Source of the DNA: Haloferax volcanii DS2 | Lineage (GTDB): Archaea; Halobacteriota; Halobacteria; Halobacteriales; Haloferacaceae | Reading direction: 5' to 3' | Assembly (NCBI RefSeq): GCF_000025685.1 | Contig: NC_013967.1 | Coordinates: 2,280,001 to 2,312,000 of the forward strand | DNA length: 32,000 bases | Shown here: piece after piece, positions 1 to 8,856 of the stretch | Layout of the letters: every line of letters starts with the position of its first letter | Numbering within the stretch: position 1 is the stretch's first letter | The notes under the pieces: model-generated | Databases searched by the model: none | Told to the model about the DNA's origin: nothing | The model's input: only the letters and a program-made list of their open reading frames with translations | Program-made: the position numbers and the translations under genes

Positions 1-555
1 CCCGTTGGCGCTCGCGGCGATGCCGGAGACCGTCGTCGCGCCGGTCGACCACCACAGCGCCGCGAGCGCGACGCCGAGGAACGCGCTGCTTGCGAGGAAG
101 TACCTGCGGGCGACGCTCGCGGCGGCCCGCGCCTGCGGCCAGCCGTCGATGATACCGATGAGTTTCGCCATGAGGAGTCCCATCGCCAGCCAGCACAGCC
201 AGAACAGCGCGACGTTGTCGGCCGCGACGAGGGCCATCACGGCGACCGTGAAGCCGAACACGGCGGCGAAGAACTTCGTCTCGTGGACGGAGCCTGCCAT
301 GTAGCGGCGCGAGTAGCTGTGGACGATACCGCTGAAGAACGTCACGACCACCCACAGCAGCACGGTCAGGCCGTCGACGGCGACGACGCCGGGGACCTCA
401 CACGCGCCGCCGAGTCGGAGTCGGGCGAAGAGCACGGCGACGCTCGCGGCGAACAGCGCCCACACGAGCCGCGTTAGTGCGACGGGCGCGAACGGCGAAT
501 CCGCCGTCGCGTCCGGGAGTGCTCCGACCGTCGGTTTCGGGCTGTGTCCTGACAT
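1..555 (-). CDS. ND5/NuoL/MrpA-family proton-conducting membrane transporter subunit, N-terminal 185 codons only (gene continues beyond window start); possibly DabB-like
   Basis: It is absent from the ORF track because no stop codon lies inside the window. A reverse-strand ATG at 555-553 opens MSGHSPKPTVGALPD...VDGLTVLLWVVVTFFSGIVHSYSRRYMAGSVHETKFFAAVFGFTVAVMALVAADNVALFWLCWLAMGLLMAKLIG..., in frame down to base 1. The hydrophobic helices and the HxYSxxYM...FF...ADN pattern are typical of the N-terminal region of ND5/NuoL-type subunits. Confidence 0.6.
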   Translation of the reverse strand, partial: MSGHSPKPTVGALPDATADSPFAPVALTRLVWALFAASVAVLFARLRLGGACEVPGVVAVDGLTVLLWVVVTFFSGIVHSYSRRYMAGSVHETKFFAAVFGFTVAVMALVAADNVALFWLCWLAMGLLMAKLIGIIDGWPQARAAASVARRYFLASSAFLGVALAALWWSTGATTVSGIAASANG

Positions 556-932
556 CGTTCGGTTCGTCGTTGACCAGACCGGTCACCAAAACGCACTCGG
601 CGTCCGATATTGGTCGTCCTTACGCCCATCCGAGAACAGATTGTCTATTAAATCTACCTACATTCACAAATCGTTCGTAAATTAGCCATTATAGAACATT
701 AGGGTTTCGCGGGTACGGAGCGTCAAAGACTGTCGACTCTGACGAGCTAAACCCGCGTAGAACAGCTTGTTCGCGGCCTGAAGCACGATAACGCGGCGTG
801 AGCGACCGAATCCGTGCGCCGGCCCGGTCGGTGTCGCCTCGCCGCGGCGACCGGCGACTGCGGTCGCTCGTCGGTCTCAGCGAGCGGTTCGTGAACGCTC
901 CGTTCGTCGGAGGATATCGAGCGCGCGCCCGT

Positions 933-1418
933 TCAGGAGTCGTTCTCGGCGTGCCTCTCGGCATCGAACTCGCCGAACGGCGTCGTCTCGTGCGTGCGGA
1001 CGAGAACCTCGTCGGCGACGGTGACGCCCATGTCGAGGAGTTCCTGTGCGATGGCCGTGATGTCGTCGTCCGTCTCGCAGACGGCGGTCACGAGGAGGTT
1101 CTGTTCGCCGGTGACTAACTCCTGGACCGCCACGACGCCATCCATCTTCAGAATCTCGGGGACGAGTTCGCCCCGCTTGGGAATCGAAGCGGTGCAGTAC
1201 AGCAGCATTCGGAGCGGATAGCCCGACTTCTGATAGTCGACGCTCGCGCTGTATCCCTTGACCACGCCCTCGGATTCGAGCCGCTGGATGCGCTTGCGGA
1301 CGGTGCTGTCCGAGGTTCCCGTTCGCTTTGCGATGTCGCCGGACGACATGTTCCGGGCGTCCTCCTGGAGTGCGTACAGAATCGCCCTGTCGACGTCGTC
1401 GATATCCTCGCCGGACAT
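933..1418 (-). CDS. Lrp/AsnC family transcriptional regulator
   Basis: 161 aa. The N-terminal HTH (DDVDRAILYALQEDARNMSSGDIAKRTGTSDSTVRKRIQRLESEGVVKGY) is followed by a RAM/AsnC_trans_reg-like C-terminal half. Confidence 0.9.
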   Translation of the reverse strand: MSGEDIDDVDRAILYALQEDARNMSSGDIAKRTGTSDSTVRKRIQRLESEGVVKGYSASVDYQKSGYPLRMLLYCTASIPKRGELVPEILKMDGVVAVQELVTGEQNLLVTAVCETDDDITAIAQELLDMGVTVADEVLVRTHETTPFGEFDAERHAENDS

Positions 1419-1830
1419 ACCACTCCCTCCGCGAGGAGGACACTTTAGCCTTTGATATCGCGCGACACCGCTCGCGACTCGCCCTCGGCGGCAGATTTAT
1501 TACCCAAACGATAGAATTAGTTACTATGATTGTTGTAAACTCTAACGCCGATACGTCCGTCGCTCACGAGCAGTCCGTTCGCCGCACGGCCACCTTCGCC
1601 GACATGGCCGCGACGATGCGCGGGTTCTGAGCCGTCTGCTACCGCTTCGATTCTCCGCTCGGTTCGCCCGACGGCGTCGTAACGTGACGGCGTTCCTGAG
1701 TTTTCGTGTTTCCTGACAACCCGTTTCACCGACCCGTTCGAACCGGCGCGAGACGCGTTTCTCGCCGGGAAAACGGATTTACCGTTGGGTGTCATATTCT
1801 ACCAAACTGGGCGACACCGCCCTGATAGCC

Positions 1831-3093
1831 ATGGCAGACAAACCACACCAGAACTTAGCCATCATCGGACACGTCGACCACGGGAAATCCACGCTCGTCG
1901 GCCGGCTCCTGTTCGAGACAGGTAGCGTCCCGGAACACATCATCGAACAGCACCGCGAGGAGGCGGCGTCCAAGGGGAAGTCGGGCTTCGAGTTCGCCTA
2001 CGTGATGGACAACCTCGCCGAGGAGCGCGAACGCGGCGTCACCATCGACATCGCCCACCAGCGCTTCGACACGGAGAAGTACTACTTCACCATCGTCGAC
2101 ACGCCCGGTCACCGCGACTTCGTGAAGAACATGATTACGGGCGCGTCGCAGGCCGACCACGCAATTCTCGTCGTCGCCGCCGACGACGGTGTCGCGCCGC
2201 AGACCCGCGAGCACGTCTTCCTCGCCCGGACCCTCGGCATTGAGGAACTCATCATCGCGGTCAACAAGATGGACGTCGTCGATTACAGCGAAGACTCCTA
2301 CAAACAGGTCAAAGAGGAGGTCCAACAGCTCCTCCAGCAGGTGCGGTTCAACTCCGACGACGCGGGCTTCATCCCCATCTCGGCGTTCGAGGGCGACAAC
2401 ATCGCCGAACCCTCGGAGAACATGACGTGGTTCGACGGGCCGACCGTCCTGGAGTCGCTGAACAACCTCCCGGAGCCGTCGCCGCCGACCGACGCCCCGC
2501 TTCGCGTCCCGATTCAGGACGTGTACACCATCTCCGGCATCGGGACGGTCCCGGTCGGCCGCGTCGAGACGGGGATGCTCAGGACGGGCGACAACGTCCG
2601 GTTCATGCCCTCTGACGCCGGTGGCGAAGTGAAGACCATCGAGATGCACCACGAGGAGGTTCCGGAGGCCGGCCCCGGCGACAACGTCGGCTTCAACGTC
2701 CGCGGCGTCGGCAAAGACGACATCCGCCGCGGCGACGTCTGCGGCCCGGCCGACGACCCGCCGTCGGTCGCCAAGACGTTCACGGCGCAAATCGTCGTGA
2801 TGCAACACCCCTCGGTCATCACGGCGGGCTACACGCCGGTCATCCACGCGCACACCGCGCAGGTCGCCTGCACGTTCGAGTCGCTCGACCAGAAGCTCGA
2901 CCCCGCGTCGGGCGAGGTCGCAGAAGAGGAGCCGGACTTCATCAAGGCCGGCGACGCCGCCGTCGTCACGCTGCGTCCGCAGAAGCCGCTCAGCATCGAG
3001 CCGTCCTCAGAAATCGCCGAACTCGGGAGCTTCGCCATCCGCGACATGGGACAGACAATCGCGGCCGGCAAAGTGCTCGAAGTCAACGAGTAG
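1831..3093 (+). CDS. tuf: translation elongation factor aEF-1 alpha (EF-Tu family GTPase)
   Basis: [31 protein letters not shown]..., with G1 GHVDHGKS, G3 DTPGHRDF and G4 NKMD, and full-length domains II and III. I place the start at the ATG at 1831 rather than the track start at 1789, because 1831 gives the canonical haloarchaeal N-terminus. Confidence 0.95.
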   Translation: MADKPHQNLAIIGHVDHGKSTLVGRLLFETGSVPEHIIEQHREEAASKGKSGFEFAYVMDNLAEERERGVTIDIAHQRFDTEKYYFTIVDTPGHRDFVKNMITGASQADHAILVVAADDGVAPQTREHVFLARTLGIEELIIAVNKMDVVDYSEDSYKQVKEEVQQLLQQVRFNSDDAGFIPISAFEGDNIAEPSENMTWFDGPTVLESLNNLPEPSPPTDAPLRVPIQDVYTISGIGTVPVGRVETGMLRTGDNVRFMPSDAGGEVKTIEMHHEEVPEAGPGDNVGFNVRGVGKDDIRRGDVCGPADDPPSVAKTFTAQIVVMQHPSVITAGYTPVIHAHTAQVACTFESLDQKLDPASGEVAEEEPDFIKAGDAAVVTLRPQKPLSIEPSSEIAELGSFAIRDMGQTIAAGKVLEVNE

Positions 3094-3113
3094 CGCCCGG
3101 TCCCGATCTCGGA

Positions 3114-3117
3114 TTTT
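3114..3117 (+). terminator. short oligo-T tract downstream of tuf
   Basis: ggaTTTTccg lies 20 nt after the tuf stop. Archaeal terminators are oligo-T tracts, and this one is only T4. Confidence 0.25.
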
Positions 3118-3213
3118 CCGCGTCGCCGCCGCGACAGCGACCGCGCCGTCCTCGGGGACGGTCGGCGCGACCGACGGTCGCACGCGGCGCGCGAGCGTTC
3201 GTCGCGTCCGGCG

Positions 3214-3465
3214 TCACTCGTCAGCGCCGGGGTAGAGCGCCGACACCCGCCAGACGTTCGCGCGGACGCCCGCCCTGACGATATCCATCCGGACGCGGTC
3301 GCCGGCGTGGTGGTTCGCGAGGTAGTCGCGGAAGCTGCTGTTCTCGTAGGAAGTGACGTGGTACGTCGAGCCGTTATCGCCGCGGAGCGTCGCCGCACCG
3401 TGGTCGTTTACTTCGTTTACGATTGTAAATGTATCCGGGCTATTTTTGGACGCTATCTGAGACAT
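3214..3465 (-). CDS. small hypothetical protein (83 aa)
   Basis: The ORF has sensible, non-shadow composition (MSQIASKNSPDTFTIVNEVNDHGAATLRGDNGSTYHVTSYENSSFRDYLANHH...). An AT-rich promoter-like region lies directly upstream (3466-3535), with a TTTTATG element about 30 nt from the ATG. I recognise no family. Confidence 0.55.
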   Translation of the reverse strand: MSQIASKNSPDTFTIVNEVNDHGAATLRGDNGSTYHVTSYENSSFRDYLANHHAGDRVRMDIVRAGVRANVWRVSALYPGADE

Positions 3466-3886
3466 ACTCGATTATATGTTAATGAGACACATAAAATCTG
3501 GCATCGCGTTTAGTAAATCATTATAAACCTTCTCAGGATTGTCGCTCGGGCGGGACTGTCCGCTCGCCGTCTATCGGTTTTCCGAGAATGGCCCGCGTCC
3601 GGTGGTCGATTCGACGCGCCGTGCGCCGGCGGTTGGTTGCGACCGGCGTGGGACGTGACGCGACGCGGCCACGCTGTCGAGCGCGGCTGGGTCGTCGAAA
3701 CGAATGCATCGCGTAAGTACGGCCTCTCGAATCGGGGACGGGGCGCAGTCACCCTAGGCGGTGGAGCCAATTAACCGAATGGCTTGATATATCCGGCCTC
3801 ATTAGTGGCCCGCGCCGCCGACACGACGGGGTTGGCCCGCGAGGCTCCCTCGAAATTCATAAACCCGAAACCGGGCGAGGTGGTGT

Positions 3887-4363
3887 ATGGACCTCCTGCG
3901 GCGATTGGTCGGCCCCGACGGGCTTCCCTCGGGCCGAGTGGCGCTCTTCGTGGACGGGCCGAACGTCCTCCGCGACGAGTTCGACGTGGACTTAGACGAC
4001 ATCCGGGCGGCGGGTCGCTCGCTCGGCGGGCAGTTGAGCGCGGCGCGGCTCTACCTCGACGAGCACGCCACGCCGGGGCTGATTCAGGCCGCGGAAGCGC
4101 GCGGGTTCGAGGTCGTCGTCACGAGCGGCGACGTGGACGTGAAGCTCGCGGTCGACCTCACGCGCTACGCCGTCGAGGACCGCGCCGACGTCATCGCGGT
4201 CGCCTCGCGGGACACCGACTTCAAGCCCGCCTTGGAGACGGCCAACGCTTACGGCCTGCGGACGGTCGCCATCGCTCCGGGGAGCTACGGCCGCTCGGAC
4301 GCGCTTCAGAACGCGGCGACCCACGCGATGACGCTCGACGAGTCCGCCGCCGACGACAACTGA
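3887..4363 (+). CDS. NYN-domain (LabA/DUF88-like) protein, predicted RNase
   Basis: 158 aa. VALFVDGPNVLR...VVVTSGDVDVKLAVD...ADVIAVASRDTDFKPALE matches the NYN/LabA pattern (D..N...D..D.D). A TATA-like ATTCATAAAC lies about 27 nt upstream. Confidence 0.8.
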   Translation: MDLLRRLVGPDGLPSGRVALFVDGPNVLRDEFDVDLDDIRAAGRSLGGQLSAARLYLDEHATPGLIQAAEARGFEVVVTSGDVDVKLAVDLTRYAVEDRADVIAVASRDTDFKPALETANAYGLRTVAIAPGSYGRSDALQNAATHAMTLDESAADDN

Positions 4364-4469
4364 GCCGGGAGACGACTGAGTCGGCGGCGACCTGCCCTCC
4401 CCGACCCAACCCGACGCCGCACCGACCGCGAACGGTTCGCTTTTTCCTCCCCCGACCGACCACACGTCC

Positions 4470-5318
4470 ATGCAGGAGTTCGACACGCCGGTCGTGGACA
4501 ACCATCTCCACCTCGACCCGGACCACGGGCGCGGGCTGGAGGCGGTGAAGGATTTCGCCCGGAGCGGCGGCACGCACCTCCTCGTCGTCAACAAGCCCTC
4601 GTGGCTCCTCGGCCACGAGGTCGAGACCGGCGAGGACTTCCGCCCGGTCTTCGAGACGACGGTCGAGGTCGTCCGCGAGGCCTCCGAGCTTCTCCCCGGG
4701 CGCGCGTGGCCGGTCCTCGGCGTCCACCCCGGTCTCGTCTCGAAACTCGTCGACGACCGCGGCTACGACCCCGAGGCCGCCCGCGACCTGATGTGCGCCG
4801 GTCTCGACACCGCCGCCGAGTTCGTCCGCGAGGGCGACGCGCTCGCGCTCAAGTCCGGCCGCCCGCACTACGAGGTCACCGACGCCGTCTGGGAGGCCTC
4901 GAACGCCGTCCTCAGACACGGCCTCGACCTCGCCGCCGACTGCGACTGCGCGCTCCAGCTCCACACCGAGTCGACCACCGACCTCTCGGACGTGGCCGAG
5001 TGGGCCGACGAGCGCGGCGTCCCCGGCGAGCGCGTGGTCAAACACTACGCGCAGGGCCACCTGACCGGCGGCACGCCGAGCGTCATGAGCGACAAGGACC
5101 GCCTCGAAGACGCCGCCGAGCGGGGCGACCCGTTTTTCATGGAGACCGACTTCATTGACGACCCCGACCGCCCCGGCGCGGTGATGGGTCCGAAGACCGT
5201 CCCCCGGCGCGTCGACTGGCTCCTCGACGCGGGCCGCGACGACGCCGTCAGGAACGCGCACGTCGAGACGCCCGCGTCGGTCTACGGCATCGACACCGAA
5301 GCGACGCTCGACCGATAG
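4470..5318 (+). CDS. TatD-family metal-dependent hydrolase
   Basis: 282 aa. It has the N-terminal DNHLHLD motif, internal HTE and a C-terminal ETD, characteristic of archaeal TatD-related amidohydrolase-fold proteins. Confidence 0.8.
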   Translation: MQEFDTPVVDNHLHLDPDHGRGLEAVKDFARSGGTHLLVVNKPSWLLGHEVETGEDFRPVFETTVEVVREASELLPGRAWPVLGVHPGLVSKLVDDRGYDPEAARDLMCAGLDTAAEFVREGDALALKSGRPHYEVTDAVWEASNAVLRHGLDLAADCDCALQLHTESTTDLSDVAEWADERGVPGERVVKHYAQGHLTGGTPSVMSDKDRLEDAAERGDPFFMETDFIDDPDRPGAVMGPKTVPRRVDWLLDAGRDDAVRNAHVETPASVYGIDTEATLDR

Positions 5319-5470
5319 CTGGGTGAGGCGGACCGACTGACGCGGGAGGCGGGACGACCGCCGAGACCGACGCACGAGCCGAATCGCGCCGTCTCCTTCC
5401 ACGTCGTCGTCTCACACGGTTACAGGCAGGATAAGAAAGGCATTTGAGTCCGGCACGGGAGGTTGTAGGT

Positions 5471-6058
5471 ATGACCGAGGCCGAGGAACGATACTACTCG
5501 CCGGAACGCTGGCAGAACTGGTTGACGCGCGTCGAAGAAGAGGACCTGGACCTCGAAAGCGAGGAGACCGGCCGTCTCCTGATGAACATCCAGAACGACG
5601 CGGCCATCGCCATCGCCAAGATTCTGACCGCCTACGACGATGACACGCTGGGCGAAGAAGAGGCGCTCGACGAGCTGTCGACCGTCCACGACATCGTCAT
5701 GGCCGAACCCGAGTTCGAGACGGAGAACGAGGAGGCCGAAATTCTCGTCGGGAGCGTCCAGACGAGCCTCTCGTGCGCCTTCTTCGCCGCCGAGGAGTTC
5801 ATCGTCGCCGGCCCCGCCGAACTCGAAGACGACATGGACGCCTACATCCGCGCCGCCGCGGACGCCGAGGCCGCCGACGACCTCGACAGCGCGCTCGGCT
5901 ACATCGTCCAGGTCGGCACCCGCGTCATCGACGGCGAGGACCTCGACATCGAGGTGCTCGACGAACTCGAATTCGGGCTCGTCACCGAGTGGGTCAACGG
6001 TCTCGACAGCCTCCAGAGCGGCCTCTCGGAGCCCGAAGTCGTCGAAGAAGAAGACTGA
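5471..6058 (+). CDS. acidic conserved archaeal protein, DUF2150-like
   Basis: MTEAEERYYSPERWQNWLTRVEEEDLDLESEETGRLLMNIQNDAAIAIAKIL... The protein is very acidic. The family name comes from memory of similar haloarchaeal proteins. I chose the internal ATG at 5471 over the track start at 5444. Confidence 0.6.
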   Translation: MTEAEERYYSPERWQNWLTRVEEEDLDLESEETGRLLMNIQNDAAIAIAKILTAYDDDTLGEEEALDELSTVHDIVMAEPEFETENEEAEILVGSVQTSLSCAFFAAEEFIVAGPAELEDDMDAYIRAAADAEAADDLDSALGYIVQVGTRVIDGEDLDIEVLDELEFGLVTEWVNGLDSLQSGLSEPEVVEEED

Positions 6059-6085
6059 ACTCGGCCTCTCGCTTCTGTAGGAGTC

Positions 6086-6090
6086 TTTTT
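6086..6090 (+). terminator. oligo-T terminator after the DUF2150-like gene
   Basis: gagtcTTTTTcccgTTTcggg lies 28 nt after the stop codon. Confidence 0.4.
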
Positions 6091-6115
6091 CCCGTTTCGG
6101 GTATCTTCACGTCAT

Positions 6116-8794
6116 ATGGACTTTCGGGGGGACGAGAGAGCGGTCACTGTCCAAATCGGCGCAGTACTGCTGTTCGGTATCATCATCATCTCGATGTCGA
6201 CGTACCAAGCGACCGTCGTCCCGAATCAGAACGAACAGGTCGAGTTCCTCCACAACGAAGAGGTTCACGACCAGTTCGAGTCGCTTCGCGGTGCCATCAT
6301 CGAAAGCTCGGCAGAGACGACCGCCCGTCCGTCGACGGTGTCGTTGGGGACTCGGTATCCGAGTCGGACGCTGTTCGTCAATCCCGGCCCCGTCTCGGGG
6401 ACGTTGCAGACGCGGGAACTCGGCAGTCTCACCGTCACGAACGTCGAGACGACGGAAGCCGAGACGAGCGACTACGTTAACGGCGGCCTCTCGTACGAGA
6501 CCAAATCGCTCGAATACCGGCCGGACTACAACGTTTTGCAGTCGGCCCCGACGACCGTGTACGAGAACACCGTCTCGTACAATCGGTTCGACACCGGGTA
6601 CGAGGGGACGCTCAACGACGGACAATCACTCATCAACGGCCGGACGATTTCGCTCGTTCTCCTCCAAGGCGACTACTCCGAAAACGGCGTCGGCTCCGCG
6701 ACCGTCGACGCGCAGGCGGTCAGCCCCGCGACGCGGACCGTTCCGGTGACTGGGGACGCGTCGGGGAACGTGACCATCTCCGTGCCGACGGAGCTGTCCG
6801 AGGACGCGTGGCGTGAGCTTCTCGCAGAGGGGAACGACGACTACGTCCACAGCGTGGACCGTTCCGGCGACAGGGTCGAAATCGAGATGCAAGGGGAGGA
6901 AGGTGGCGACAGCGTGACGTACGACCTCCGCGTCGGAGCGGTCGAAGTGGGGTCGGGCGTCGACGAACCGGCCGCGTATTACCTGACGGTCGTCGAAGGA
7001 GCCTCGCCTCGAAGCATCGGGTCGGGAGACACCGAGACGCTCACCTTCGAAGTTCGGGACCGATACAACAACCCCGTCTCCGGGGTCTCGGTGAACTTCT
7101 CTGCGAGCGGTGGTTCGATCTCAATCGACCCGGAGGGACCGACGACCGATTCCGAGGGTCGAATTCGCGTGACGGTGACGGGTGAGTCGGCGGGAACCGC
7201 CGAGGTGCTCGGCAGCTTCGACGACGCGACGTTCACTCCGAGCACGCGACAGGACGCGGGTGTCGAAGTCAGCGTGTCGAGCGGGGAGGCCGCCGAGAGC
7301 GGCGGCGTCGGCGGCCTGCTCTACGAGAACGACGCGGTCGCCCGCGACGGCGACGATAGCTTCTCGACGCCGGGTGGCGTCGAGTTCTCGCTGCGGAACG
7401 TCGGCTCCGACTCCGTCGAACTCCTGAGCGTCGTGGTGAACCCGCACGACGACAGCATCGATGGACTCTCAGACCGGGTCGACGGCGGGGACGACGACCC
7501 CGGCGAGACGGAGTTGTACGTCGAGTCACCGAGCGGCGACGCCCTCGTCGACTACCAGATTACCCAGAACGAGTTCGTCGACGTGCCCGAAGACGGGCTC
7601 GCAATCGACATCGACGAGAGCGGTGACATCGGCGGGTCGAACCCCGTCGTCGGCAGCGGCGAGTCCGCGCGGTTCTACGTGTACGAGTTTTACGATACAG
7701 GTCGCTTCGGCGGCACGAACGTCGACATGACCGGCGAGTGGCTCTCCGTTCGCGTGACCTACCGCCTCCCGTCGGGCCTCGTCGATGCCAAGACGTTCTC
7801 GTTCGAAGCCAACGCTCAGCCGGAAGGCGGCGTGAACGCCCCGCCGACCCCTCGGACGACGGGGCCGTACAGCGTCCCCGAAGGCGAGTCGATACAGCTC
7901 GACGGCTCCGGGAGTTCGGACAGCGACGGGTCGATTACCAGTTACAGTTGGTCCATCACCGACGACCCGACGGGGCAGGCGAGCCTGTCGAACCCCAGTT
8001 CCGCGCGGCCGACGTTCAACGCGCCCGACAGCGTCTCGGGCGACACCGACGTGACCGTCGAACTGACCGTGACCGACGACGACGGGGCGACGAGTAGGAG
8101 AACGACGACCGTGACCGTCACGGACAGCACGTCGTCTCCGCAGCCATCCATCTCGATGCGGGTTGATGACCTCACCGACATCCGCCCAAATAGTCCTGAA
8201 TTCGTCGTCTCGTACGACATCGGGAACACGAACAACTCCTTTGAGCGGGTCGAGGTCCAACTGGATTCGACTGAGAGCTTTGCTTCAGATTCCGAGCAGC
8301 AAACAGCACCAAGGGGCAGCGTTCGATTGCAAACTACATATGGAGCGAGACAGACATTCGAAGTCACGGTCGACGTGATTTACGACGGGCCGAACGGCGA
8401 ATACGTCGCGAGGTCTCAGACTGTGACCGACGCCGCCGACGCACGGAACCGGAACGGAAACGACGACTTGGCGCTTGGAAGTAGTGCATCCATTAACTCT
8501 CTCGACATCCAGGACCGGACAAACACCGGGAATAACGATGTCTGGTATCGCGCCGACTACGACGTGTCCTCGGGCGACTTCAGTCGGGTCGAACTGGTGG
8601 CGCTCAATCTCAACAGCAACGGAGCGACCGACACGAGACTACGTACTGACCGGAGCCGTAACAACGCAGACATCATCAACGGGTTGGACGGTGCTCAGGC
8701 AGACTACCGGGTCGGAATGCTGGTATACGACGACACCGGTGCCGTCGTCGACATCCAGACGGTTGACGATACCGCAGATGGAACTGACCCATAG
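6116..8794 (+). CDS. large secreted/cell-surface protein with type IV pilin-like (class III signal peptide-like) N-terminus, Ig-like (Big) domain, PKD domain and duplicated C-terminal domain
   Basis: 892 aa. The N-terminus MDFRGDERAVTVQIGAVLLFGIIIISMSTYQATVVP has charged residues, then R-A-V-T, then a hydrophobic helix. The Big-like segment is LTFEVRDRYNNPVSGVSVNFSASGG...DSEGRIRVTVTGESAGTAEV. The PKD-like segment is YSVPEGESIQLDGSGSSDSDGSITSYSWSI...VTVELTVTDDDGATS. Confidence 0.8.
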   Translation: MDFRGDERAVTVQIGAVLLFGIIIISMSTYQATVVPNQNEQVEFLHNEEVHDQFESLRGAIIESSAETTARPSTVSLGTRYPSRTLFVNPGPVSGTLQTRELGSLTVTNVETTEAETSDYVNGGLSYETKSLEYRPDYNVLQSAPTTVYENTVSYNRFDTGYEGTLNDGQSLINGRTISLVLLQGDYSENGVGSATVDAQAVSPATRTVPVTGDASGNVTISVPTELSEDAWRELLAEGNDDYVHSVDRSGDRVEIEMQGEEGGDSVTYDLRVGAVEVGSGVDEPAAYYLTVVEGASPRSIGSGDTETLTFEVRDRYNNPVSGVSVNFSASGGSISIDPEGPTTDSEGRIRVTVTGESAGTAEVLGSFDDATFTPSTRQDAGVEVSVSSGEAAESGGVGGLLYENDAVARDGDDSFSTPGGVEFSLRNVGSDSVELLSVVVNPHDDSIDGLSDRVDGGDDDPGETELYVESPSGDALVDYQITQNEFVDVPEDGLAIDIDESGDIGGSNPVVGSGESARFYVYEFYDTGRFGGTNVDMTGEWLSVRVTYRLPSGLVDAKTFSFEANAQPEGGVNAPPTPRTTGPYSVPEGESIQLDGSGSSDSDGSITSYSWSITDDPTGQASLSNPSSARPTFNAPDSVSGDTDVTVELTVTDDDGATSRRTTTVTVTDSTSSPQPSISMRVDDLTDIRPNSPEFVVSYDIGNTNNSFERVEVQLDSTESFASDSEQQTAPRGSVRLQTTYGARQTFEVTVDVIYDGPNGEYVARSQTVTDAADARNRNGNDDLALGSSASINSLDIQDRTNTGNNDVWYRADYDVSSGDFSRVELVALNLNSNGATDTRLRTDRSRNNADIINGLDGAQADYRVGMLVYDDTGAVVDIQTVDDTADGTDP

Positions 8795-8856
8795 TTCGAC
8801 AACCGACGTAACTCACCATCGACAAAACCTTATCCCTCGGTTCTGTAGCATCGACC

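Noticed and set aside
560-930. Possible tRNA or riboswitch-like structure (CGCGGGT ... ACCCGCG pairing at about 706-757) in the gap between the Lrp gene and the ND5-like gene.
   Set aside because: There is no tRNA cloverleaf or T-loop consensus. A single 7-bp pairing across about 45 nt is not enough evidence.
1789-1830. Longest-ORF start codons suggested by the track for tuf (1789), DUF2150-like (5444), the HTH regulator (11543), the hydrolase (11384), the membrane proteins (13569, 14344), RFC (14902), the SBP (20542) and the peptidase (23141).
   Set aside because: The extensions are basic or low-complexity and lack homology. They would remove promoter space or run into the IS. Internal ATGs give canonical N-termini with TATA-like boxes about 27 nt upstream.
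1855-2853. Long antisense ORFs opposite clearly homologous genes. Examples are 1855..2853(-), 4221..5402(-), 8908..10125(-), 14470..16212(-), 17924..18763(+), 23561..24349(-), 24892..26673(-) and 29994..30866(-).
   Set aside because: They are Arg/Gly/Val/Asp-rich low-complexity translations typical of shadow frames in 65% GC DNA. Each overlaps a gene with unambiguous family motifs on the other strand.
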